From the NCBI RefSeq assembly GCF_964204645.1, contig NC_134032.1, forward strand, positions 9,226,275-9,290,274: DNA of 64,000 nucleotides. Reading direction: 5' to 3'. The DNA is from Tubulanus polymorphus (lineage: Eukaryota; Animalia; Nemertea). This document shows, piece by piece, positions 51,701 through 64,000 of this stretch (the stretch's first letter is position 1; each line of letters begins with the position of its first letter). Both the position numbers and the translations under genes were made by a program. Below the pieces are notes generated by a model that did not search any database, was not told where the DNA came from, and worked only from the letters and a program-made list of their open reading frames with translations.

Positions 51701-51864
51701 CAGCTCCCTCTTTACTCGATCGTGACTCGATGCCCGAGTTCCCGTGGTTGGCGTACTACATCCTGGATGCCGAGGCTCGCTACGAGACGGAATCCGGTCT
51801 GTGGAGTAAACTGGTCTCCGAAATGGTGAGACGCCCGCAAACACCGATCGAGGCCTCGCTTAAG
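36784..51864 (+). CDS. EPG5: EPG5 autophagy tethering factor, first 17 coding exons (1344 codons; continues beyond window): 36784-37899, 38965-39129, 39585-39828, 40675-40823, 41354-41559, 41745-41965, 43140-43305, 44129-44266, 45009-45285, 46632-46772, 47188-47352, 47805-47906, 47988-48232, 48848-48988, 49080-49200, 49660-49860, 51631-51864
   Basis: All junctions are GT-AG with matching phases and no stops. EPG5-like motifs: MAELVRTKKK, HEFYE, LKECISVLFMF, DHVFIINHVLRCPGGI..WA, WILVDEDGEEDED, LGSWQFMAEMPY, LYLFKELPFHIWQP. Confidence 0.92.
39230..39510. repeat. Purine-rich (GA) low-complexity tract in an EPG5 intron
   Basis: Almost entirely A/G on the plus strand. Confidence 0.8.
40014..40327. 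mobile_element. MITE with CAGGGTCCCTA termini, within a degenerate ~60-bp tandem repeat (~39860-40640)
   Basis: TA-CAGGGTCCCTA ... TAGGGACCCTG-TA, with repeated internal TCCTTGA. Confidence 0.7.
42010..43060. repeat. Degenerate 7-bp minisatellite (ATTGAAY)n, interrupted by an L2
   Basis: Repeated attgaat/attgaac/actgaac on both sides of the LINE. Confidence 0.75.
42165..42763 (+). mobile_element. 5'-truncated L2/CR1-group LINE
   Basis: ORF2 end LDYCNS...LQLVQNRAAR...LHWLPV...APTAWNSLP...FKAQLKTFLF. 3' stem-loop GCGCCTT..AAGGCGC, (CCCTAT)n tail, and TSD AATACTTA (42157-42164 / 42764-42771). Confidence 0.92.
43527..43997. mobile_element. PIF/Harbinger-like MITE
   Basis: TTA-GGGAGCGTCCA ... 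TGGACGCTCCC-TTA. Confidence 0.85.
44683..44971. mobile_element. piggyBac-derived MITE (289 bp)
   Basis: TTAA-CCCTTTCAGTGC ... GCATTGAAAGGG-TTAA. Confidence 0.9.
49265..49610. repeat. Degenerate ~21-23-bp minisatellite
   Basis: Repeats of agatgtagacaaacatgtacatgt. Confidence 0.8.
50091..51291 (+). mobile_element. Non-autonomous Helentron (HINE/DINE-1-like) element with internal 154-bp tandem repeats
   Basis: T-rich start, subTIR GCCCACTT / AAGTGGGC, 5' hairpin GGGACT-TT-AGTCCC, (GTCC)n microsatellite, tandem core units, and a 3' end CTAGTT. Inserted into a ~22-bp degenerate satellite. Confidence 0.8.
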
Positions 51865-52204
51865 GTAGAAACATGTATATATATACCCATTTTTAGAGAG
51901 ACAGTGACTAACCATAGGCCTAGGACCCAGCTCCATAGTTGTTGGTTCAACAAAAATTAGTTCATATTCAATATCTTAAACAAGAATCTGTATTCCTAAA
52001 AGTGACTATTAAGTCTCTGAAATTTGTATGAAAGTATTCATCATATAGTGCCAAATCTTAAGTTGCACCTTAAAAACTGAGTCCAAGACCAATGTCTATC
52101 ATTGTGAGTCACAGGAAAATTATTACATTTTCAATGACAGTATTTTAACTCCATGAAAATTCAAACTCAACTCCTCATTGATAGCTTAAGACTTGTGTAA
52201 AACT

Positions 52205-55200
52205 CTATTGTTTATTTCCTCGTATTCGTTTATTTCGTTCACGAATGGATTTTATATCAATTGTTAAAATTGTATAAAGAAGCGGATTCAGAGGCGAGTT
52301 GATCGGTAAAAATAAAACGGCCAGCCAAGCGGCCACCTGGTACGGTATTTCGACTGAAAATACAGCGCAAAACTGAACGATTATTATTGGTAGCCAGCAA
52401 AATAAGTTATAAAGATTTATTACTAAACTCCTTCGAGCTAAAACCAGTTCGGTAGGATCGGCTCTACCCGAGCCCGATCTACTTCCCGATACGAGTCCAT
52501 ACATCTGAGCGTATGTCGTCATTATCGTAGCCAATATAACCGTATTAAACAAAGCAAAAATGGCGAATGAATATTGCCAGCCATTGACGTTGATCGTCAG
52601 TAAATTCATAGGTACACAAACTCCGGTCGTACCATAAAAATTGTCTCCGAAGTAAGACGACGATGAGAGCGGTAGGATAGAAACAGTATTGATAACGAGC
52701 CAACAAACACAGCAAATACCGATAACGTATTTTGGAGTAATGATTGGATTTCTTGAAAACGGGTTGACGATATTTGAATATCTCTGACGTGTTAGAATTA
52801 AGAGAAAAGTTAAAGAGCCTTCGCACGAAACAGTCACAATAACCCCTGCGAGACGACACATTGAACTACCCGTCCAATCTTCTGAATTCAGAAAATAAAC
52901 ACCTTTAAACACGTGGTCAGCTCCAGCTATCAGAAATAGATAGATCGACATCAGAAAATCACAAGCGGCAATATTCATGATGAGGATATCGGAAGAGGTG
53001 TTACGCGTTCTGGAGGATTCCATTCGCAACGCTTGGACACGAAATAAAAGAACAAGACTGTTCGCGAGAAAACTGAAAGATGCAATCACCCAGATGATGG
53101 CTCTAAGTACAGTGTTACCCATCAGATCAGAGCATGTTGAAAATTCATCCGCTTCAGGAAGGCACCGGTCAACATTCGGAGCCATGCAGCAAAATTTGTA
53201 AGCATCCGAAGCAAGGTATTTCAACGATGTCAGATTGCTGAGAACATTTCCTTCTACGGATATTACTTCGGAATTGTTGACAAGATCCAGAATTGTAAGT
53301 GCAATCAATCCTGAAAAAGCATGATTTGAAATATAATGGATTTTGTTATTGCTGATATTTAATGCTTGTAATGTGGGTAAACCTTGAAATACATCTTCAT
53401 TAAGAACGGATATTGAAACTCCATGAAGATCGAGAACAGTAAGTGATGTCAGACCTCGGAAACTACCGTATTCTAAATGTTGCAGGGGATTTGCGATAAG
53501 AAATAGTTCCTGTAAGCCATTCAAACCTGCGAATGAATAAGCAGATATGGCCGTTATGTGGTTACGAGTAAGGTCTAATGTATATAGATTGTGTAGTTTA
53601 GAAAATGAATAGGGAACGATGTAAGACAAATTATTGCGAGAAATATCGAGAAAACGAAGATAAACGAAAGAAAAGAATGTGGACTCGTTGAATACTACTC
53701 GATTCTTCGGAATGATTAAAACCCTACTGGATTCAGAAAAATAATCAGTAATATCTGATATACGTGCATTTTCACAATTGATAAAATAGCCCCGACAATG
53801 ACAGCGATCAGGACACTTGACGTTACAGAAAGCCTCGTCATCTGAGTTATGTTTACAATTTAAAACACCGTCGCAAACTTCAGATTGCGGAATACATCGA
53901 TTTTCCTGACCACATTTAAACATTCCCGGACAGGTCCATGTGTTGCAGTTATGTTCATCTTCAGAATTAGCACAGTCTGATTCATTGTCACAAACCTGTC
54001 TGATTGGTATACAGTAAGATGCTGGACATTTGACAGTACCAGCCGGACATTGGAAATCAGCGCAACCTTGCACATGCTCAAGCCTTCTACATACTGGGTA
54101 ACCAATCGGCATCCTTTCTAAAATACACCTTTGGTGGCGGGAATAACAATGAGGAGAATCAAAAGAACACCTTTGTTCATCTGAAGCCCTACAGAGTTTT
54201 GTGAAACGAGTCGTACAGTGATTGTCATTATTACAAAAAACTTCTGGATTCAACGTCTTATTAGTGACTAATTCATCTTCTTCAAGACTCCCACTACAAT
54301 CCACGACACCATCCTGATACAGCTGAGAACTGATACATTCACCATCTGCGCACAAGAACCCATGACACAGTTTAGGAGTGCATTCCATTTCATCGGAGCT
54401 GTCTTTAAAATTAGTGATTCCGTCGCACCTGGTAGACCTACCGACACATTGACCACTCTTTCAGCGAAATTGTTCGTGCAAACACGGGGGATGAAAACTG
54501 GAGTTCTCATCAGAGCCATCCGGACAATCCTGTATGAAATCGCAGAAACCACTGATTGATATAACCCGGCCATCAGAGCATTGAAACTGACTGTGTAAAT
54601 TTATATCCGTACAGTTCATCTTCGCCGTGTTGACAGTCGTGTCTGGTATCACATACACGATGGTCGCTGATACATCTTTGATCATTACATTTGAACTGCC
54701 AGATTTTACAACCGCTTATGGAAGCTAACTCTTCAACTGTTACATTGTTGGTACACACCACGGAATGCACTGTATCTGTTAGATTATCAAAGGGTTTCAT
54801 GAACCATACAACAGATTGAACATAAGTGATTTGATCTCTGGTCAACATTGGTTTGATAACTTGGAACCCGGCGTCGTTCATTGTTAGAATAGCTCCATAT
54901 TGATGTTGATATCGAAATTGGTTTATCAAATTTTCTATATTGCTTTCAATGTTCGTGGTTGTTTTCATGTGACACATTTTTCTAGCACTTGAAATATTGA
55001 AACCTTGATTGTTATTCCAGTCAGTTAGTATCTGACAACATTGTCCAGCTATAGTTACCCAACCTCAGACAGGTTGAATTAGTGACCGCAGCATCGTCGG
55101 GAATCATTGAAGTTAAGGTTTTATTTAACTGTTTCCTTGTTGAATTGTATCTTGATTCACATATGAATGTTGTGTGTGTCTCCACTATTTGACACGGGAA

Positions 55201-58200
55201 TCGAACCCAGTTCGCCGATCCTCGTGGATTATTCATTATCATTGCTGTACACGGCATATCAACATCATTTATCGGTTGTTTTCGTAGAGGAGATATCAAT
55301 CCTCGAATATCTTTTGGTATCGTTTCATTAACACTAGGCTTATACCATTTTTCATAGCTCAATGGTTTCCCATCAGTTCATGTATAATAACCAGTATTCC
55401 GCTAGATGAAAAAATAATGAAAGTCAGTAATTTATAAATTCACTTGTTTTTTTTTTAAATATTTTATAAGAAAATTTGTATTACCTGCCATTTTAATCCA
55501 ATCATGATTATGAGAGCTTTTAGTGAGTATGCTTTTGGTAGAAGATGTGTAGCAAATAATCTTTTAATAGCGATCATTTCTTGTTCTGAGTTGATACTGA
55601 GTAGATGTCCCGCGTACTTCTGTCTACAGAACAATTCAGCATTCTCCCAATTCAGACGTTTGTCTCTGATGTATTTGATGCAGGAAATTCCGGAATACAG
55701 AAATCCTTCTTTACAGTAATAACCATTGAAAGCTTTTATCGGCAATGACTTGTGTAAAGTGTATTGTATTTGAAATGTGGGTATATAATTTTTTACTTCG
55801 AAAAGTAAAGAATTATCCTTTATACTGTGAAAAATCACCCCGTGTACAGCATTACCTTCACATATCATAGTTTCATGTATGAATCGAATGGTTTTTGAAT
55901 GTTTTCCATTATGGAAGATGCTGTAATTGATCTCCTGTATAAATGATATTGGATAATAATGTGTCAAATGTTTCCCTAATTTACTTGTTTGGCATGAAGT
56001 TGTTCCAATTAATTTGATGACAAATCTGTAATAATAAAATATGTTCTGCTGTATTGGGTTTTCAAATTCATAGTACACTGATTCTAGTGAATATCCTGGT
56101 TTTCCCGGGTAATTTGGTGATTGTATAAGTCCGCATTCATCATAAGTTGTAATTGGAAGAAAAGAACCGACGAAACCATCACTATTGGTTTTTTTCAATG
56201 TTAGACATTGACGATGTAGTTTAACTGTTAGTGGTTCCTGCCAGAACAAATACTCAGTATCTATGAACTCAACAGTGTTTAATATGAGACTGTTATTGGG
56301 AAACTGACCACTTAAACTCAAATACTTATCACACGACAATGATGTCTTAAGAAGACATTGACCTATTTGATATTCATGTTCTGACAGTATGTGAATGTTT
56401 TTTAAGAGCAGGCGTCGGTTTTCAGGTGTAATCACGAGACAGTGTGACGTCATATTGATCTGAAGTTCTCCTTCCTGTTGAACAAAACCATCACAATCAG
56501 TAGGAGCAAATCTTATATATGAACTGCCAACTGTTAACTGATTATCATAGTAGTAAGCGTATGCTACTACAGTAACCGGTCCACCTGATGTAATCAGACT
56601 GACGACATAGCGACCATAGTATGAACCAGGACAATACGGACCATAGCGTCTAGCTGTGAAATTACTACCATCAAATATATAAAAACCGGCTCGATCACAG
56701 TTTTCTGATAGCACTGTTAGTCGAAACTGTTCTTCATAAATGTTCACTTTCCAGTTGAGTTGTAATGTAGTTACACGATACAATATATTCTTTGATTTCG
56801 GGAACAGTTTATATCCTGATAATGATTTCACACTCCTTGAACGCTGGAATAGAAAAGTAAAATGAATTGATGAGATAATGCATGGCGACAGGGCTGGATC
56901 CAGTTGTTTTTAAAAGCGATTTTAGGTTTGCCAGGAAAATGTTGATGAATTTTGGTACGCTCTGCGGGTATTTCATTCAAAATTAATTTCTCAATCTCAA
57001 AAAAGACTATTAAGGAAGCGAGTTGGCAAAATATAGGAGGGATTCACCAGAATGAGATATCTGGACAATATCAAGTCTTTGAATTCTTAGAAACAATTTT
57101 ACGAACATCATTTAACCGAATGCTTCAATCTTTTGTCAGAATCCAAATATTCAGTTTGAGATAATTATTATCACCTTACCCATAACCATGGCTGGTTGAT
57201 ATAGATGTCTGATGTTGTCATAGATTCGACTTTAAATCCAATTTCTAAATTCGATGTGAAAACATCCCTTCTCATTAAAATGCACAGAATGACAAGAAAT
57301 CCGTGTGATTTTACACTCAGTGATTCGAGGTAGTTGTGACCGAGTAAAATATCAGTTCCTACAACGTGTAACCCTTCTAGTTAATATACACCGACGACAC
57401 CTGGTGATGAGACGAGATCATGCGTCCAGTTAAAAACGATGTACTGCAGAACATCGACTGTGATAGACCAGCAGTGTAAGTGTTCAGACTGAGTTACTAT
57501 ATGTGGCATTCTATCAATTGGAATGAGAATTCCTGATTTATTGGTGACTTGAATTAACGGATTCGAAACATTCCAATCTGATATTTTGTAAACTTGCACG
57601 AGTAATTCAGACTGAAATGATCGGTGCCTATTTGAAATGGTTTCAATACGTGCTTTGTTAGTTTTAGTATAAAACGATGAAGGTGGATGTCCGGTTTGTT
57701 CTCGTATACGAGCTATAGGTTCACTGGTGCTGTTCCATCCGTCGTAAACTATAGGACGAGTTTTCACTGGATCCTCACCAGGATATAATCTGAAATCTAC
57801 TTGTATGAACGTTAGATTCATAGCGAAACCGTTCGGCATCCCGATCCATTCTAACAATAATTTACATCGCCGTGTAGGAAAAATCATGAATCTATGACCT
57901 GTTTCAGATGGTGTTTCTTTTACTGCACCTTTGTGACATTTATGTATAATTTTCAAGCGACTCTGTTTTTCAAAACGATATATGATATAAACCCAGCTAC
58001 CTCGCGCTCCATTAATACGGCTCCTAAACAACAATGAAATCAAATTACTGCTGATATCAAGTTGTTTTCTTCCGTTACCACAGAGTTTGTTATCAGACTC
58101 GCCACTGATGAGAAGATAGTTATCACTACAGAATATTGACGGCTCGATGTCGTAGTAAAGTTTGATGTTGAAAGTTCCCGGTAAAGAGCTGTTGACGAAC

Positions 58201-58406
58201 CAACGACATTCAACACCGCTCGTTAAGGAAGGGTAATTCGGTGAAGCGATGTAACCAGACGTAGAATCGACGGAGTAGTGAGTGTCGTTACAGGATGAAC
58301 TGATCGTCACAGATGATTCCACTTTGATAGAGTCCGCGCGGGGATCAGCCAACATGAATATACAGTCTCTACAAGTGATCAGTAAAACTATGAACGACGC
58401 TTTCAT
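52205..58406 (-). pseudogene. GRL101/RXFP-like GPCR copy 1 (SP-CUBn-CTL-LDLa-LRR-7TM; exons 58406-57180, 56843-55485, 55401-52205), disabled
   Basis: Same exon layout as copy 2 where both are visible. Stops at 57381-57383, 55378-55380 (W in copy 2) and 54461-54463 (C in copy 2). 2-nt deletion at ~55064 and 5-nt deletion at ~54612 relative to copy 2. Confidence 0.85.
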
Positions 58407-58951
58407 TCGCTGCATGTTGAACGGCACTCACAGTTTCAGACCAAACGCATTTCTCTTTATGAGCTGCTGAGAAAATAATCATCACTTCGTGAATGAAAAT
58501 GTGAAAATTGTGATACGTTTTTGAAATTAATTTGTGTCCAATTAGTTTGTGAAAATCTTGCAGTCAGACGGGCACCAGTTTCATATTTTTGATCAGCTCA
58601 GTGATTAGCTGAAATCTCCGTGCTTTCTGGATAAAAGTAATTATTTCTTTAAAACATTCCCAAGCTGCATTAAGTTTATATGAACGTTTGATGATATTTT
58701 AGAATATTTTAGTTTAAACCTTTACTCTGCAGTTAAAATTAATTCATTTCCTATGGCGATATTTTAACGCTTTTGTACATTCAAGTATTTTGAAGTCTTC
58801 TTTGAACTCAAATGTAGAGATTGTGATGAGGTGCATCTTTTATCTGATTACTACAATGATTTTAATACATCTTAGCGGAGGTGAGGGGAACAACATATCT
58901 ATCACATTGTTTGAACTCAATTTTTTGATAGCTAAAGACTCGTGTGAAACT

Positions 58952-61900
58952 CTATGGTTTATTTCCTCGTATTCGTTTATTTCGTTCACGAATGGATTTT
59001 ATATCAATTGTTAAAATTGTATAAAGAAGCGGATTCAGAGACGAGTTGATCGGTAAAAATAAAACGGCCAGCCAAGCGGCCACCTGGTTCGGTATCTCGA
59101 CTGAAAATACTGCGCAAAACTGAACGATTATTATCGGTAGCCAGCAAAATAAGTTACAAAGATTTATTACTAAACTCCTTCGAGCTAAAACCAGTTCGGT
59201 AGGATCGGCTCTACCCGAGCCCGATCTACTTCCCGATACGAGTCTATACATCTGAGCGTACGTCATCATTATTGTAGTCAATACAGCCGTATTAAACAAG
59301 GCAAAAATAGCGAATGAATATTGCCAACCATTGACGCTGATTGTCAGTAAATTCATAGGTAGACAAACTCCGGTTGTACCATAAAAATTGTCTCCGAAGT
59401 AGGACAACGATGACAGCGGTAGAATAGAAACAGTATTGATAACGAGCCAACAAACACAGCAAATACAAATTACGTATTTTGGAGTAATGATTGCATTTCT
59501 TGAAAAAGGGTTGATGATGTTTGAATATCTCTGGCGTGTTAGAATTAAGAGGAAAGTTAAAGAACCTTCGCACGAAACGGTGACGATAACCCCTCCGAGA
59601 CGACACATCGAACTATCTGTCCAAGTTTCAGACTTCAGAAAATAAACGCCTTTGAATGCGTGGTCAGCTCCGGCGATCAAAAATAGATAGATGGACATCA
59701 GAAAATCACAAGCGGCAATATTTATGATGAGGATGTCAGAAGAAATGTTACGTGTTCTGGATGAGGTGGATTCCATTCGCAATGCTTGAACACGAAATGA
59801 AAGAACGATACTGTTAGCGAGAAAACTGAAAGATGCAATCATCCAGATGATGGCTCTCAGTACAGTGTTACCCATCAGGTCAGAGCATGTTGAAAATTGA
59901 TCCACTTCAGGAAGGCACTGGTCAACATTCGGAGCCATGCAGCAAAATTTGTAAGCGTCGGAAGTGAGGTATTTCAATGATGTCATATTGCTGAGAACAT
60001 TTCTTTCTACAGATATTACTTCGGAGTTGTTGACGAGATCCAGAATTCTCAGTGCAATCAATCCAGAAAATGCCGAGCTGGAAATATAGTGGATTCTGTT
60101 ATTGCTGATGTTTAATGACTGTAATGCGCGTAAACCTTGAAACACATTTTCACCGAGAGCCAATATTGAAACTCCATGAAGATCGAGAACAGTCAGTGAA
60201 GTCAGACCTCGGAAAGTACCATATTCTAAATGTTGCAGCGGGTTCTCGATAAGAAATAGTTCTTTTAACCTGTTCAAACCGATGAATGTATTCGCATATA
60301 GTGTTGTAATGTGGTTGTAAGTAAGGTCTAATGTATGTAGATTGCGTAGATTTGAAAATACATTGGGAACGATGTAAGACAAATTATTGCGAGAAATATC
60401 TAGAAAACGAAGATAAAGGAAAGAGGAGAATGTTGACTCATTAAATACAATAAGGTTATTTGACAAAATTAAAACTCGAGTCGATTCTGCAAAATAACCA
60501 GTAATGTCTGATAAATGAGCATTTTCACAATCGATGAAATGACCCTGACAAAGACAGTGATCGGAACAAGTGACGTTACAGAAAGCCTCATCATCTGAGT
60601 TATGTTTACAATTAATGACACCATCGCAAACTTCAGATTGTGGAATACATCGATTTTCTTGGCCGCATTTAAACATTCCCGGACACGTCCATGTTTTACA
60701 ATTTTGCTCATCCTCTGAATTAGGACAATCTGATTCATTGTCACAAACCTGTCTGATTGGTATACAGTAAGATGCTGGACATTTTACAGTACCAGCCGGA
60801 CATAGAAAATCAGTACAAACTTGCACATGCTCAAGCCTTCTGCATACCGGGTAACCAATCGGCATCTTTTCTAAAATACACCTTTGGTGTCGGGAATAAC
60901 AATGAGGAGAATCGAAAGAACATCTTTGTTTATCAGATTCATTACAGAGATTTGTGAAATGAGTCGTACAGTGATTGTCGTTATTACAATAAACCTCTGG
61001 ATTCAGCGTCTTATTAGTGACTAATTCATCTTCTTCTAGGCTTGCACTACAATCCACGACACCATCTTGATACAACTGAGAACTGATACATTCACCATCT
61101 GCGCATGAAAACCCTTGACACAGTTCAGGAGTGCATCCTATTTCATCGGAGCCATCTTTACAGTTGGTGAATCCATCACATCTGTTCGACTTACTGATGC
61201 ATTGACCACTCTTACAGCGAAATTGTTCGTGCAAACACGAGGGATGAAAACAGGAGTTCTCATCCGAACCATCCAGACAATCGAATATATAATCGCAGAA
61301 ACCACTTATTGATACAACCTGACCATTGTAGCATCGAAACTGACTGTGTAAATTTTCATCCGTACAATTGAATTCATCTTCACCCAGTTGACAGTCGTGT
61401 CTGGTGTCACATACACGATGGTCGCTGATACATCTTTGATCGTCACATTTGAACTGCCACGATTTACAACCGCTTATAGAAGCTAACTCTTCTCTAGTTA
61501 TATCATAACTACATAATATGGAATGTGCTGTATTTGTTAGATTATCAAAGGGTTTCAATAACCATTTAACTGATCGAATGTTAGTGATTTCATCTCTGGT
61601 CAACAATGGTTTCATAACTTGGAGCCCTGTATAGTCCTTTATCAGTATAGCTCCATATTGATGTTGATATTGAAATATATTAATTAAGTTTTCTACATTA
61701 CTTTCAATATTTGAAGTTGTTTTGAAGCGACATGTTTCTTTGGCACTTTGAATATTCAAACCTCGATTGTTGTTCCAGTCAGTTAGTATTTGATGACATT
61801 GTCCGGATATAGTTACCCAATCTCTGAGACAGGTTGAATTAGTTACTGCAATATCATCGGGAATCATTGAAGTTAAGGTTTCATTTGATTGCTTATTTGT

Positions 61901-63648
61901 TGCATTGTGTTTGTTTCTGACGTCAATTCTCTCGGATTCACAAATAAATGTCGTGTGCGTCTCCTCGATTTGACACGGGAATCGAACCCAGTTCGCTGAT
62001 CCTCGTGGATTATTCAGTATCATCACTGTACACGGCACATTAACGTCGTTTATCGGTTGTTTTCGTAAAGGAGATATCAATCCTTGAATAACTTCTGGTA
62101 TCGTTTCGTTCACTTTAGCAGGTTTATACCACTCTGTGTAACTCAACGGTTTCCCATCAGTCCATGTATAATAACCAGTATTCTGCTAGATAAAGAAATA
62201 GTGAATTTGAATTAGTTTTGTAAATTGATTCGTATGTTCTTTTCCTTTCATATCTTTTATAAGAACATTTGTATTACCTGCCATCTCAATCCAATCATGA
62301 TTATGAGAGCTTTTAGTGAGTACGCTTTTGGAAGAAGATCTGTTGCGAATAATGTTTTGATAGCGATCATTTCCTGTTCTGAGTTGATGCTGAGTAGATG
62401 TCCAGCGTATTTCTGTCTACAGAATAATTCAGCATTCTCCCAATTCAGACGTTTGTCTCTGATGTATTTGATGCAGGAAATTCCGGAATACAGAAATCCT
62501 CGTTTACAGTAAAATACATCTGAATCCTTTGTCGATAATGACTGGTGTAATGTGTATTGTATTTGAAATGTGGGTATATGATTTTTTACTTCGAAAAGCA
62601 AATTGTTATCTATTAAACTGTGAAATATCAGTCCATGTACAGCATTATCTTCACATATCATAGTTTCATGTAGGAATCGAATGGTTTTTAAATGTTTTCC
62701 ATTATGAAAGTGGTTGTAATTGATATCTTGTAAAAAGGCAATTGGATGCAAATTTCTGGAATAGTGACCTAAGTCACTTGTTTCACATGAAACTGGTCCA
62801 ATGAATTTGATGATAAATCTGTAATATCGAAATATGTTTTGCTGTATTGGGTTTTCAAATTTATAGTACCATGATTCAGATGAATATTCTGCTAATCCCG
62901 GGTATTTCGGTGACTGTACAAGTCCACATTTATCACTAGTTGTAATTGGAATAAAGGAACCATCAAATCCGAAACTATTGGCTTTTTTCAATCCTAGACA
63001 TTTACGACGTAGCTTAACTATTAGGGGTTTCTGCCAGAACCAATACTCACTATCTATGACACTAACAGTGTTTAATATGAGACTGTTATTGAGAAACTGA
63101 CTACTTAAACTCAGGAACTGATTACATGATCGTAATATTTTATGAAAGCATTGGTCTATTTGATATTCATGTTTTGACAGTATGTGAATGTTCTTTAAGG
63201 GCAGGCGTCGGTTTTCAGGTGTAATTACAAGACAGTGTGATGTTGTATTGATCTGAAGTTCTCCTTCGTGTAGAACAAAACCATCACAATCAGTAGGAAC
63301 AAATCTAAGAAATGATTCTTGAAGACTATTAACTGTTAACTGATTGTTAGAGTAGTAAGCGTATACTACTACAGTAACTGGTCCACCTGATGTAATCAGA
63401 CTGACGACAGATCGAACGTTATAGTATGAATCAGGACAATACGGACCGTAGCGTCTAGCTGTGAAATTACTACCATCAAATATATAAAAACCGGCTCGAA
63501 CACAGTTTTCTGATCGCACTGTTATATCGAACTGTTCTTCATAAATGGTTACTTTCCAGTTGAGTTGTAATGTAGTTACACGATACAATATATTCTTTGA
63601 TTTCGGGAACAGTTTGTAGCCTGATAATGATTTCACACTCTTTGAACG
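58952..63648 (-). CDS. GRL101/RXFP-like GPCR copy 2 (exons 63648-62278 and 62185-58952; 1534 aa in window, exon 1 beyond window)
   Basis: CUB-like FDG..GPYC and QSP.YPG motifs; CTL WENAELFC..LLSINS..MIGL..WTDGKPLSY..FICE; about 6-7 LDLa (DC.DGSDE); LRRs; hinge FCCMAP..TCSDLM; 7TM with CWLP and NPLLY. No stops. Confidence 0.9.
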
Positions 63649-63799
63649 CTGAAATAGATTAAAGAAAGATTAAAGGTTAGAAAATTGATTAGATTTTAAG
63701 GGTAATTAATTGAAAGCAGGGAGATGGCAATACATTTAACAGGAACTTGAGCAGGCAGTAGTCCTCCGCACAAAAATGAATTTTTTAATGTTTGTATTG

Positions 63800-64000
63800 G
63801 TATATATTTATTTATATTGGTACCTTAGTATGGTACCTCTTTGTATCAAATGACTTAGTATTTTCATATTTTATTGGTACCTAGGCATATTTTGTTACCA
63901 CAATCAATTGCAAAATTATAGGTCTCGACATGTATGATCATTATGGTGAATTTCTAGGTCATTGGTTGTTGTATGTGGCCAGGGTGTTGAATAGCCAAAT
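63800..64000 (+). repeat. Further copy of the HINE 154-bp core repeat, in an intron of GPCR copy 2
   Basis: tattggtacctaggcatattttgttacca..caattgcaaa matches 51001-51045. Confidence 0.75.

Noticed and set aside
54461-54463. TGA replacing Cys as a selenocysteine codon
   Set aside because: It is a single-base change from TGT, accompanied by other stops and frameshifts, and no SECIS is recognisable.

Overview
Eukaryotic, intron-rich invertebrate DNA (lophotrochozoan-like by gene and TE content; this is inference). (1) 1-16.8 kb is a transposon cluster. Its core is a four-level nest built entirely at TTAA sites: a gag-only Gypsy-like LTR element is split by piggyBac-1 (5686-13744), which is split by a Kolobok-type DNA transposon (7888-13701), whose transposase is split by piggyBac-2 (9152-12134). 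Removing piggyBac-2 restores an uninterrupted 585-aa transposase ORF. (2) PELP1/Rix1-like gene, almost all in one exon (17098-19360, +). (3) Two BRI3-like paralogues on the minus strand, missed by the ORF track because they are spliced (20118-21248 and 28686-30595). (4) The first 17 coding exons (1344 codons) of EPG5 (+, 36784-51864); the gene continues past the window. (5) Antisense in the next EPG5 intron, a tandem pair of very large GRL101/RXFP-like GPCR genes with a CUB - C-type lectin - LDLa - LRR - 7TM architecture. One copy is disabled; the other is intact within the window. There are also many MITEs, a solo LTR, an L2 fragment and a Helentron-type element carrying CTCF-like motifs. All calls are by eye from motifs and splice signals; no database searches were run.
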